From NCBI RefSeq assembly GCF_009914755.1, contig NC_060926.1: a stretch of DNA of 64,000 nucleotides; one strand, given 5' to 3'. The DNA comes from the human T2T-CHM13v2.0 reference genome, Homo sapiens. Positions 1 to 13,169 of the stretch are shown here, piece after piece (position 1 is the stretch's first letter; each line of letters begins with the position of its first letter). Made by a program: the position numbers and the translations under genes. The notes under the pieces were generated by a model. That model was not told the DNA's origin. It did not search any database and saw only the letters and a program-made list of their open reading frames with translations.

Positions 1-860
1 TTTAAAAAGTAATGAAAGTAGTCAATGCTGGAAAAGACCAGATGTTTTTAAACCCACATTTTAATAATGCTTTTCTCTCTTTAATGAGATTACAGGAGAA
101 TTGTATGTGGGTTTTTATAAGTTTCAAAATCTTAAAAAATAAACTATTTTATTTTTGAATTAAAAAAACCTTTTTAAGTTCATAACTTTATGTTCTTGAT
201 TAAGTTCTGCATAGATTTTTCATTGAAGAGATAAATGTGCTGCCATAGGAAATGTGCAATGGGAGGGGTGATGTCCAATGCTGACGTTTGGCATCTGCTT
301 TCATGTTAGGGATTACACTGGAACTTGATGGAGATGCCATCACAGCAGCTGTTCATTCACAAGGAATAAGAAATAATGGAACTGCTTATCAGTGAATGCC
401 TGGGCTTGCAGAACAACTGTTCATTAACTTTGCTGAGCCAATAAGCAATTAGAGGACTGTAATGATACTCAAGCTCCCATGGCTAAAAAATCCCCTGCAT
501 GCTCTGGGCCGACACAGTCCAACAACTGTTTTATTTTTAGCACAGGAGAGTGCTTTGTTTCAAAGTTGGCATGCCAGATTGCAAGCCTATGTGCAGTGTG
601 CTGTTTTAGGATGCTCACTTTGGTATTTGTATTGCTGTGGCTGCTGTGTACTAGTATAATATTTAATGACCTTTCATTAGACAAGTTCCCTAAAGGTCTT
701 TTTTAAACGGAAGGCTCAACTTTCAAAATCTAATCACCATATATAATCAAATATGTGCCCTGAGAATGAAAAACAGGGTAATGTTTACCACCTGCTGTAG
801 TTCTTCCAGGTGCTGATATTTGCATTTGTCACAAAATATCACCAGCATTTCCTTATCTGC

Positions 861-1221
861 TGTCTCCTTCAGCTTAGGTTGCCACAACAATACCACACAT
901 TGGGTGGCTTAATGACTACAAGATTATTTTCTCACTGTTCTGGAAGCTTGAAGACTGAGCCCAGGGTGCCAGCATGGTTGGGTTCTGGTGAGGGCGCTTT
1001 TTCTGGCTTGCAGACAACCACCTTCTCACTGTGTACTCACATAGTGGAGAGAGAAAGAGAGTGAGCTTTCTGATATCTCCTTTTATAAGGGCACTAATCC
1101 CATCATGAGAGCCCCCTGCTCATGACCTCATCTAAACCTAATTACTTCCCAAAGGCCACATCTGCAAGTACCATCAGGTTGGGAGTTAGTATTTTGCAGG
1201 GACAAAATTCAGTCCATAGCA
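861..1221 (-). mobile_element. MLT1A-type MaLR solo LTR
   Basis: Typical antisense MLT1 text (ggttctggtgagggc...ggcttgcagaca...aagggcactaatcccatcatgag...attacttcccaaaggcc), ending cagtccatagca. Confidence 0.85.
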
Positions 1222-2094
1222 CCTGGAGCCTGCTTCCTTCTAAACATCCCACCCTGGGCTAGAGTAGAGAAACTTGAGGAGATCACAAAATGTGCACACA
1301 CACACAAAAAAAAACCCCACAGGATGCCTTTACAGCAGTGGGGCCCATATTTCAGTCTTTCAAGGTCACCTGTTTCAGTTATCTTATATGCTATGTTTTA
1401 TACTTTCATTTTATTGTTCCCTCCTTTACCTAGACATTTTGCTAATAGATATGCTTAATTTTATCATTTGTTACTAGGAAAGCAATTCATTTTTCAATTG
1501 ACTTTTATTTCTATAAGTGCCTCATAAATTACTCTTGTCATTAAGTTTCCAAGTTGTGACTAATGGTATTGACAAGTCACCCCACGTGTGATTAAGTGCA
1601 TGAGCAGAGAATTGCTCCTGGGTTGACGCCTCATGCAATTTGGTAAGTACCAATGTCTGTCCCTGGACATTCACAAAGTTGCACATTGTAAGTGCTGACT
1701 CTTCTGTGAAATACTGCATCTGTTTCTTATTTTGCACAGCACATAGGTTTTCTTGAAGTATCTATTAATGCCCAGTTAAGATGAAAAATCCTGAAATAAA
1801 AATGTTTTATCTTAAAAGCTTTGAAATTCCTTGTACCTACACATTGAATGATTAAAATAGCAAAATTGTGAAAACATATTTATGTGCAAAATTAAGAAAA
1901 CTTCATTCTTGTCTTAAACTGCAGGGATGCTTGTTTTCTACCACAAAGCCTGTGAGCAAAAGTAAAGATTCGGAAAGTTGAATAACACACTGCCATTCAT
2001 TTCCTCAATTCAATGACCAGTGACAGTAATTGATTTTCCCCCAACTTTATGTCTTGAAATTTCAAACCTACAGAAAAGTTGAAAGAATAATTCA

Positions 2095-2690
2095 GTAAGT
2101 TTTTGAGATCTATTGCACAGTATGATGACCCTAGTGTATTTTTATTATAAGGTAGGGTATATTTCAAAACTGCCAAGGGGTTAAATTTTAAAATGTTCTC
2201 ACCATAAAAAATAATAGGTATGTGAGGTAATGTATATGTTAACTTGCTTGATTTAATTATTTCACAATGTATGCATACATCAGAACATCACATTGTGCCC
2301 CATAAATATATACCATTATTGTCTGTATTAGCCCATTCTCATGCTGCTAATAAAGACACACTTGAGACTGGGTAATTTATAAAGGAAAGAGGTTTAATTG
2401 ATTCACATTTCAGCGTGGATGGGGTTCAGCATGGCTGGGGTTCCTGAGGTTCCATGACACCTCAGGAAACACAATCATGATGGAAGGGGGAGCAGACACA
2501 ATCTACGGGGAAAGCCCCTTGTAAAACCATCAGATCTCATGAGAACAACATAGGGGAACTGCCTCCATGATCTAATCACCTCCCACAAGGTCCCTCCCCC
2601 AACATGTGGGGATTACAATTCAGATTACAATTCAAGATGAGATTTTGGGTGGGGACACAGCCAAACCACATCGTCTATGAAAAATAAATA
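2095..2690 (+). mobile_element. L1MA-type 3' end fragment (interrupted by LTR at 2324-2672)
   Basis: gagatctattgcacag...aaatgttctcacca...tatgtgaggtaatg...catcacattgtgccccataaatatatac, with an A-rich end after the LTR. Confidence 0.8.
2324..2672 (-). mobile_element. THE1/MSTA-type MaLR solo LTR
   Basis: tgtattagcccattctcatgctgctaataaagac...gagactgggtaatttataaagg...caagatgagattttgggtggggacacagccaaacca. Confidence 0.9.
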
Positions 2691-5600
2691 AGATCAACTT
2701 GCCCCTAAAAATAATACAATAAACACTCAAATACACTTTGCTTATATTTAATAAGTATTAACATTCTGTCAGATTCTCAGGTATGTGTGTATGCATGGGC
2801 AGTTCTGAATCATTTTGAAAGTAAGTCAAAGATATGATTCTTGATCATTAAATACTTCATATAAAAATGTGTCTCCTAAGAATAAGAATATTCTTGTACA
2901 TAACCCTAGCATCATAATCAATTAAGAAATCAAAAGGTGATAGTATATGTAGCATATTAGCATATGATATGAAATCGTAATTCATATTTCTTCAGTTTTC
3001 TCAAGAAATAACTTTTACAGCTATTAATTTTCTAGATCCAGGACATAATTACTGCATTCCATCTAATACCATTTAATCTAAGACAGTTTTCTTGCTTATT
3101 TTGTTTCTCATGCCATTGACATTTTAAGGAGTCAAGGCCAATTAATTTTTTAGACTGTCCCCAATTTGTTTTAAGGTTAGATTAATGTTAAACACTTTGG
3201 GCAATAAGATCACGTTGGTGGCAATGTATCTTATCTGGAAGTATGTGATGTCAGCTATCCCCTTCTTGTAAAATTCAGTATAATAACTTGTACTCTTAAT
3301 AATCTTTGTACTCAAGTTATTATACTCAGTATAATAATTTGATCTCTTAATAATCTTTTAGATTCCTATTAAAAAGGTACATATTCTCTTCAAAATTAAT
3401 GAACAATCTCTGTAATTAATAAGTAATGAGTGAATTTCTTTTCCCAAAATATTGAAGCAAATGCTCATAAACAAAAGCAATTAATTTAAGAATTCCTTTC
3501 CTCTTTCGGTGTTGATAATTTATGAAGAATATTTCTGATCTCCAGTGGCTACTGTTGGGTGTGACAATTCTAGGGGATTTTCAGTTCTCAAATTAACTGT
3601 GGTTCACAGCAAGAATGTGGAATTTGGTAGTATTTCTTTGTCAATATCAGCAGCATAAAGTCTTAGAAATGTGGAGATGTAACGGAGTTTCAATAAAGCA
3701 AAACCACAGCCCTCCTACATGTACACATACTGCCTATATTTAAAACAGGTATAATAATAGCACCTAATTCTGTAGGGTGGTACCAGAAGAGAGAAGCTGG
3801 GTACCATAATAATGCCCATGGAAAATGTTATCTGCTCTTTGGCTTTGATAATTATTGGTCGTATCTCAAGGAAAGCATACCTGAATAAACTGCAAACTCA
3901 AAAGAAGCTTAGAAATAACACTGCATATCTAGAGCACTTGATGCAATGCAGATCATTATTCAGTCTACTTCTAGGAGATATACAGGTGGCAATATACTAG
4001 TCCAGTTCTTCTATCTGAGGGCTGGAGAAAGCTGGATAACAGAATTGTAACCTGTTACATGAAGCCATTTGGGTCTCTGTGCTGGGAGTCGGGATGTCTT
4101 AATGCTTTGTCTGCTGTTTTCTCTTTAACAGTAATGAAAGGTGGATTTTTTTTGTTTTCATTAAAAAATGCTATGAGCTAAATGGAAGGTGAGGTCAGCT
4201 GAGCTTCCCACTTAAAAATTGCAGTCACATCTACTGAGACACTTTCCTAATTCTAAAAGCATCTTAGGTAATAAGAGTAATTTAGGCAAAGAGAATGAAT
4301 TAGTGCTGAGGAGTGGAGAACAAAGAAATTATGAAACCACTCAAAAATATTTCAAGGATTTAGTTCAGAAGCAAAGCTGGAAATTTAGAACCTTATTATC
4401 CTGGTTTCAAAAACGATTTCAAAACACTAATTAAAGGCCTAGCTCTCCTTGGAGGCAGATTGTTTTATTCAAAGGCCGGTTAGGAAGCAGAATTAGAAGT
4501 AAAAAGAAATATTCTCTAGGCCACTTCATTGGCCCTTTTTCTTCCTCTCACTTAAAAACTTTAAGATGGGAGAACATCAAAGTTGGGAATAAGTTGTATG
4601 ACTCAGTGTTAGAAAAAGAGTTCCTGGGGACTGTCGATTGCATCTAGATCAAGCTGCTTAGACAATCTCGTCAGCCCATAGCAGGTGGTGAGCAGTAAAA
4701 TGCTGGAGAACATTGCCATAGTAGTCAAACTCCATGAAGACCATTTTGGAGTACTTTGAAACTTTTATCTATTGAGTCTGATATAAGAGTAAATGAAACA
4801 TTACAGTCCAGTGTTGGGACAACCAGCTGCAGCTCTTAGACCCTCCAATTAGAGTTAGGTGCCTGGTTTCCCATCTGACCTAAGGGGCCCCCCATCACTG
4901 CTCCCTGAACTCACGTGTCTGTGCCTTCACAGGGGGCTCTTTTATAGTACTGCAAGTAATTTTCCACCATGAACCATTCAGTCTCCAAATAATACATTGG
5001 CTGTATAATATTTGTTGCTGTCTGCCCATCTTAAGTGATTTGGATTTCATATGCATATAATTTCTAATTCAAATTGCATCTATATGTGGCCATAAAATTC
5101 ACATCAGTTCAGGTGGAAAGTTGATCAGAAGCTTGTTCAGTATCACTGGCTGAGTTGTGAGCACCATCTTTCTGATGACTTTCTTATTGTAAAATCTGGG
5201 AAATGCCTTCTTTGCTGGAAGATACTATATTCTTTCTTAGTTTCTGCAGCACCCAATGCCAAACAAATCCCTCTGCAATGACTGGTAAACTGGGCAATAC
5301 TGGAGCCAGGATTGACACATTTAGAAGGAGTGCCTGGGCTCAGTAGTGTAACTACAATGTTTTATGGGGTTTTAGAGGCTTCTGATTGTATACCATAATT
5401 TGAATTACCTCCCAAAAAGTAAGAGGCCATTTTCTGAAATAATGCCTCGATTGATTGATTTATGTTACATTTTCAGAATACAAATCATCCCTCAGCTATA
5501 GATTTTAGCCGTGCCCATGGTTGTCGAACTTTTTAAAAAGTTCATCTTTTGAACACAGAGACTGAGTTGAAACTGACTTTTCAAATATGTTTTTGTAGGG

Positions 5601-6191
5601 TTCATTCTTGAAAACGATAAAAAAGAGTACTGGAAAGTAAGAAAGGAAACACCTAGCAATCTCTTCATAGGGAATAACTTTTTTCCTGTTATTTTCATAC
5701 CTGCATATCCTATGTAAAAGTTAAAAATAGGCTTTTATCAACAAGTTTGTATTCTGGAACATGTCTAAAAATACAAATGCATCAATGTGAGAAGTTTAGA
5801 TTTACACTCTTAAGGAAAGGAATACATCTATTCACTCAGAGCCTTTCAAATCTGCAGCTCTGATCACAGTTTGTCTTTGTCACTTGGAGAGCAAATATGT
5901 TACCTTTGTGGGAACTGACATTTGTACTGATTGGCTTGTAGGTAGTAGTATAAACAAAATGGATAATATAAGAATCTCTACCACTGCAAACTCAGATATA
6001 ATTGAGGGAAGAGAGAAAATATTTCCAGTATGTGTAGAAGCCAAAATTGGAGCACAATTCCAACATAGACCTTCAGACCTACCAATTAACAAGAACAAGA
6101 TATGAACCAATTACTCAGGAGTGGGCAAGATCTAATCTAAGAGCCTGAATGATGAATATTTCCTGGAACAGCTAACATCATTATTAAGATG

Positions 6192-6631
6192 TGTATTAGA
6201 GTTCTCCAGAGAGGTGGTTTGTGAGATTATGGAGGCCCAGAAGTTCCACAATCTACTATATGCAAGTTGAAGAACCAGGAAAAGTGGGGTTGTAATTCAG
6301 TCCAAGTCTGAAGACCTGAGAACCAGGGAAGCCAATCATGTGAGTCCTGGTGCAAATCTAAATGCTTAGGAACCATGAACACTAACATATAATGCTAGAA
6401 GAAGATAGGTGTCCCAGCTCAGAGAGAGAAAATTCACCTTCCTTCTGCCTTTTTTGTTCTATTTGGACCCTTGATGAATTGAAGGAAGCCCATTTCCCTT
6501 GATGAGGGAAATCTTTACTCAGTCTACTTATTCAAATGAAACCCTCACAGACACACCCAGAAATAGCTGTTTATCAGCTATGTGGGCATCCTTTAACCCA
6601 GTAAAGTTGACACATAAAATCTACCATCACA
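6192..6631 (-). mobile_element. MLT2 LTR (3' LTR of the adjacent ERV-L)
   Basis: tgtattagagttctccagaga...cctcacagacacacccagaaat...aagttgacacataaaatctaccatcaca; a polypurine tract (aaggggtggact on - strand) abuts it at 6632. Confidence 0.9.
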
Positions 6632-7499
6632 AGTCCACCCCTTGTAAACTTCGTACCCATATGCATTTTCTGAAACAACAATCAACCTCCAAATAGAGAA
6701 AATAGCAGAATCATAATTCCACCTAACATAATAAACTATCCCATACAACCAAAAGTGTGCTAATTCTTTCCCAAGAAGAGGCGTGATGTTTACTCTTCTT
6801 CCAATATCCAATATTTAAATACTATGATGTAAAATTAACAATATTTAAATACTGATATAAAGTCAATGTATCTTATGTTACATGATGAAGGAAAAGAGAG
6901 GAAAGAAAATAATGACATTTTGCATAATATGTGTATGTATATGCAAATGTATTCATAACAAAATAAAGAGAAAATACTCATGACGATTACAGTCCTCATC
7001 TCTGTAACTGGACATATGGTCAAGGCTTATCTTTCTACTACCTTCTTTCACTACCCATTCTGTATTTGCTCTTTGCCTTCAGCAAGCACTTCTGCTGGCC
7101 AGAGTTCTTTACCTAGCAGGATTACCCAAACCTTCATTCTTGAAGGATCTGGGACATTCATAGTCCTATTTGGATTGAGTTATTGTAGTTTTTTATTTGC
7201 CTTAGTCACAGGCTATGATAATACTAAAATGTTTTCTGAGGGATCTTCAGTATTCCAGGCATGTCTTCCTCATCTCTATTGTGGAGTAGTAGTTCAATTT
7301 CTCCTTAGTATTCTGGATCAATCACCTCAGTTCAAGCCACAACTCCCTTCTTGGCCTGTTGACTCAGAGTCATGAGGAGCCCAAAATGACCAGACAGCAG
7401 TCTTTACTTCTAGTTCAATAAAATCATTACAGTGTCTCCTGGTGGAATCATTCCTCTCTTTTCAATTTAAACCTCTAGGCCAGCAGAGCATAAAGTTAG

Positions 7500-7910
7500 T
7501 ATCTTAGTCTGTTCTGTTCTGCTGTAACCGAATACCAAAGACTGGGTTACTTATAAGGAACAAAAATGTATTTCTTATAGTTCTAGGAGCTGGAAAGTCC
7601 ATGGTCGAAGGACATCTGGCAGAACCTTCTTGTTTCATCATACCATGGTGAAAGGAGGAAGGTCAAGAGAGCACATGTGCCTGCATGCATAGAAAATAGA
7701 GTGCGGAGGTAGAGGACCAAACACATCTGTTCGTCAGGAACTCACTCTCCAGATAACTAATCCATTTATCAAATAATGACATTACTCCATTCATTAAGGC
7801 AGAGCCCAGATGACCTCATCACCTCTTAAAGGTTGTACCTCTCAACACTATTGCATTTGGGATTAAGTTCCTAATACATGAACTTTGTGTAACACATTCA
7901 AACTATAGCA
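7500..7910 (-). mobile_element. MSTC/D or MLT1A-type MaLR solo LTR nested in ERV-L
   Basis: tatcttagtctgttc...gactgggttacttataag...cacctcttaaagg...acacattcaaactatagca. Confidence 0.85.
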
Positions 7911-8318
7911 ACCAGGGAACAGGAAACAAACTTGTCTAATAGTTCAGTAGGGGTAATTGTGAATGGTGCCACTCCTATTTCAACCCTTTGATTCCTGGAC
8001 CCATGATCCTTGCAATGGCAGAAACAGTTACATATGTACTGGATGCTGATTTAGAACATAGCCTTCTGGAGAAGCTTGCCCACCCTGGTAAGGCAGTGCC
8101 ACCCAGCTGGCACTGCCAATGAGTGTTCAGAAGTCCATTCAACCATTCTATAAAGCTAGCTGCTGCAAGATGGTGGGGAACATGGTAAGTCTAGTGAATT
8201 CCATGATCGTGGGCCTGTTGTACTTCTTTGGCTGTGAAGTAAGTTCCTTGTCAGAAGAAATACTGTGTGAAACACCATAATGGTGAATAAGGCATTTTAT
8301 AAGTTCATGGATGGTAGC

Positions 8319-8682
8319 TGATATGGTTTGGCACTGTCCTCATTCAAATCTCATCTTGAATTGTAGCTCCCATAATTCCCACATGTCATGGGAGGGACCT
8401 GGTGGGAGGTAATTGAGTCATGGGGGTGGGTCTTTCCCGTGCTAGTCTCATGATAGTGAATAAGTCTCACAAGATCTGATGGCTTTATAAAGGGGAGTTC
8501 CCCTACACAAGCTCTCTTGCCTGCTGCCATGTAAGATTTCCCTTTGCTCTTCCTTCATTTTCCACCCTGATTTTGAGGCCTCCCCAGCCATGTGGAACTG
8601 TGAGTCCATTAAACCCCTTTCCTTTATAAATTACCCAGTCTCAGGTATGTCTTTATTAGCAGCATGAAAACAGACCAATACA
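8319..8682 (+). mobile_element. THE1 (B/C-like) solo LTR nested in ERV-L integrase
   Basis: 364 bp, tgatatggtttgg...gaaaacagaccaataca; 5-bp TSD gtagc (8314-8318)/gtagt (8683-8687). Confidence 0.93.
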
Positions 8683-9449
8683 GTAGTTTTGACAGAAGCA
8701 TTGAATGCAGGAAAGGCAAATCCATGTCTGGGGTTAGTGTCTTTCCAATAAGTCAAAACACTTCTCTTTCCTTGATGGAAGTGGCCCAGTGTAATCAACC
8801 TGCTACCAGACGGCTGGCTGATCACCTGGGAAATGATCTAACATTGGGGGTTCAGTCCCTCTTGCTGGCAAATTGCATACTCAGTAGTGGCCACAACCAT
8901 GTTACCTTGATTTATGGAAGTCCACCTTCCTTATCCCATCTCTGCCACCAAGGCTACTTTGTTCATGGCAGTGTCAGCTGGAGAAAAAAGCTGAATTGTA
9001 TCCACAGCGTGGCTCATTCTAGCCACTTGATTATTAGAATCATCCTTAGCTGAGGTCACCCTTTTGTGAGTATTCACATGGGACACAAATATCTTCATGT
9101 TCTTTTTCTGTTCAGAGAGATCTATCTCCATATATATTCTCAAAATTTTTTGTCACCAGTTTTCTACAGATATTACTTCCAAGTCCCTGACCATTTAGAC
9201 CAAACCATTAGTCACAGCCCATAAGCTGGTACATAATTGCACATCTGCCCATTTCTCTCTCCAAACAAAGTGAATACCAGGTGCACTGCCCAAAGTTCTT
9301 CCCAATGGGAGGATTTTCTTCACAACTGTCCTTCAGGGATGTTGTAATGCTGTAATGCTGCAGCTGCCCATATTCAAATGCTTCCTGCCAATTGTGTAGA
9401 ACCATCTGTAAACTATATCCTCAGACATAAAGCTACTAAACCTTGTAGG

Positions 9450-9792
9450 ATATGTCATCCCACTGGCTACAAATATTGGTTCAAAAGTGTATATGCTACT
9501 TAGGCAACTTCAATTCCCAGAAGTTTTACTGGGAATGCTGGAACAAATAAGTTAGCTTTTAATAAGTAATGCTAAACTCAAACAAGGAAGCAGGGAGCTG
9601 CTGGCAGCCAACTTGGTACAGTGAACTGATGCTGGAAGGCTGAGTGGAGACACAGAAAGAAACAGGAGCATGCTGGCATCCATGTCATCCAAATTGTACT
9701 GTTATCAGAGCATATTAATCCCTTTATTGGTCAAGCTAATCTGGGTTTGGATTTGTTTCTCTCTGTGCAAGAAAAAATATTCCTAACTTAAT
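9450..9792 (+). mobile_element. Old MLT1 (J/K-like) LTR relic
   Basis: gagctgctggcagcca core; 3' end aagctaatctgggtttgg...tgcaagaaaaaatattcctaact resembles an MLT1 terminus. Confidence 0.55.
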
Positions 9793-9947
9793 CAGACTAA
9801 AAGCTCATCACAAATTTCAAAATAACAGCAATAGTGAAATCATTCTAAAACCTTCCAAAAGAAAAATAGAAAAAGTCAGCTACAAAACCTACACAAAAGT
9901 GGTGATCAGACTGGCAGCTGACTTTACATCAAAACTACTGGCTGTTA

Positions 9948-10385
<438 letters not shown>

Positions 10386-11058
10386 TCAGACACTCTTTCT
10401 TAGGAGGTTACTTATGCGCTTTCAGAGAAATAAACAGCCTGAACAAAGGCTAGAGAATGGCATGGAATTTAGGCTGAGATCCAGTCAATCCAGTCAACAA
10501 TGAAGGGATGTTCCAGTACAGCAGCTGTGCAGTAGCTCATAGGCAGCTAGTCCCAAGTCGGGCAGTAAAAGGATTCAAGGAGGGACATTGCTGTAGGGAA
10601 GGTGACTCATGAGGAAAGATGCTCTAATGAGACAGATTGGAAAATAATAGATGCAGAGAGAATTATGCAAGTAAAAAGGCGAGCAGTTATTCATAAAGAA
10701 AAAGAAAATGCTTTATAAAAATTTCTTAATGCACAATTATTATCAGAGTAAAAATAATGTGAACTCTGATTATTGTTCAATTATTAAGAGATAGATGACT
10801 CTACAGGGGGAATATGGCTTTTGAAGGCCCAAATGTACATGAGATGATAAAATTCACCCATCTTACATATACCTTATAAAAGGTTATTAGTATGTTTACT
10901 GTAGTCTAGTTAACAAATATTATATTTTATAATCAACTAGGCCATTATGAATTTTATATTTGTGGTATATTTTATCTCTTGGAACAACTTTTTTTCCAGG
11001 TGTCAAACATAAGCACTTGAAAATCCTATAAATCCTAGGCTGTTGTCTGTAGTGCCTA

Positions 11059-11427
<369 letters not shown>

Positions 11428-11691
11428 CTAGAGCACCTATGCAATCTCCTCCTGAACCTGATAATATCTGAAACATAAATCAAGAAATAACAGAGAAGCA
11501 TGTCATTTAGAAATGTGAAGGTTAATACCAGAAGATACAAATTTAAAAATTTTAAGTAGTCATTAGAGAAGTGGGTTTGGAGGTGGGGTGCAGTCAGAAA
11601 GAAAATTGCTAATTTTCATTGCACACATTTTGGTACAGTTTTGTCTTTGAGCTGCATGCTTATATTGCTTCACAAAAGATTTAAACATTTA

Positions 11692-11778
11692 AATTAGCAA
11701 GGTATGATGACTCGTGCCTCTAGTCCCAGCTACTCAGGAGTTTGAGGCAAGCCTGGGCAACACAGTAAGATGCCATCT
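11692..11778 (+). mobile_element. Internally deleted FLAM/AluJ-like fragment
   Basis: tgcctctagtcccagctactcaggag joined directly to tttgaggcaagcctgggcaacacagtaaga. Confidence 0.7.
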
Positions 11779-12315
11779 GGATTGATATAATTCAGGTCCT
11801 AATAAGCTTTGTTTTCATTTTGTTTTCCCTAGGTAGTGCAAGCATGGGTGAATGTTAGACATCGTAGTACTTGATGGTAGCAGAATCCTCCAATGAGACT
11901 GCTATAATTTTCAAGGGCTGACTCTCCTCTTGCCTTCAGACTGTGTCTTACCTACTGCAATGCTTTTTACTCAACTTTAGAGTACAATAAGACTATTATT
12001 AATAGAACAGAAAAATAGGATAGAACTGAAATAGCGACATAGAGAGGAAGCATGAAGAATCTTAATAAAACATTTGCATTCTGAGTCATAGGAGGACATG
12101 AATAAGGTAATTTACTTTGTTAAGTATCTCCCTCTGTGTATATATTAAGATTCATATTTCTTTGTTCATTTGCCCAATAGTATTTATTGAAAATGTTGGC
12201 AGATATTAATTTTGTTATATTAGGTACTAGTGTTGGAGAGACTGCTAGGTACCTTTGAGCTAAATGGGGTGCAAAACTACTACTAGAAGTCTCAAACACT
12301 AAGCTGGTGGTGCCT

Positions 12316-12361
12316 GTGTGTGTGTGTGTGTGTGTGTGCGCACACGCGCGTGCGCACGTGC
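12316..12361. repeat. (TG)n microsatellite running into a CG/CA alternating tract
   Basis: (tg)12 then cgcacacgcgcgtgcgcacgtgc. Confidence 0.95.
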
Positions 12362-12893
12362 TACGGGGAGGTGGTTAAGCACAGAGATGCTAATCTTAAC
12401 TACTGAATTTATCTGTCTTCTGAAAGCTTTGTCTTTCTTGCTTTGATATTGTTAGTCAAAATATCCCTAACATAGTTGCATCTTGGTACTCAAAGACAGA
12501 TTTGATCTAGACAATGCACTGTAAGGAATTCCATTCATTCTTTAGCATAGTGCTGAACATTTTGTCTCATCTTATAATGCAGTGTTAGAACAATGATATT
12601 TTGAGTCAGCCAGCCATTGCTCAGTTTTTCTCAGTACACTATGTCTATGTCAAAACATTTCCCTCAGTGGGGCATCATCACTCACTGCCACTGGCGAACA
12701 CATAGCCAAAGAGTTACAAAGATGTAATGCAGGTAGGATGACAAAAATCATGATAAACATGATTGACAATATCTTTCTTTGTGACAGGATTTATGGAGAC
12801 TGAGAATCTGAAAAGATGTGGTAAGATTGGGTGAAAATTAAGATTTTTAAAGTGTAATTCTCTTTCAACAAAGGAAAGTGAGTTATTACTTTT

Positions 12894-12964
12894 GTGCAAA
12901 AGTAATTGCAGTTTTTGGAATTACTTTTAAAAGTAAAGACCATAATTACTTTTGCACCAACCTA
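12894..12964. mobile_element. MADE1 (Hsmar1 MITE), left tip replaced
   Basis: gtgcaaaagtaattgcagtttttg ... ccataattacttttgcaccaaccta, the palindromic mariner TIRs. Confidence 0.9.
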
Positions 12965-13169
12965 CTAAATAACCCTTAACATTTTAATGAACAAGGCACA
13001 AGGCAGATCACACAATGAACAAGGCAGATCACACAATAAGGAAACAACAGAAAACTAGTCATCTGAGCACACAAGAAAAGAAGGAATGGGCATTTCTCCG
13101 ATGACAAGTTGTGGAACACAGAGGTGAGAAGATGATGTACAGTTAAAACATGAACATTGAAACAAATTC

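Larger units (their letters stand above)
2030..3260 (-). mobile_element. Old L1M (L1MD/ME-like) 3' region, split by a younger L1 3' end and a THE1/MST LTR
   Basis: aatttcaaacctacagaaaagttgaaagaat at ~2060 resumes as aataatacaataaacactc at ~2710; later ctcctaagaataagaatattctt, typical of antisense old L1 3' UTR. Confidence 0.6.
6632..9410 (-). mobile_element. Decayed ERV-L (HERV-L-like) internal region: RNase H, integrase, dUTPase; 5' part missing
   Basis: Minus-strand peptides KIFVSHVNTHKRVTSAKDDSNNQVARM (RNase H), GFAFPAFNASVKTT (integrase), HFGLLMTLSQQAKKGVV and GMKVWV-like motifs (dUTPase region ~7000-7490); many stops and frameshifts. Confidence 0.9.

Noticed and set aside
4105-4194. Acceptor/donor pair framing a 58-nt candidate exon
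   Set aside because: Internal T and A runs, no coding signal; such pairs are common by chance
6980-7375. 131-aa and 129-aa (8664-9053) + strand ORFs
   Set aside because: Antisense to decayed ERV-L pol/dUTPase
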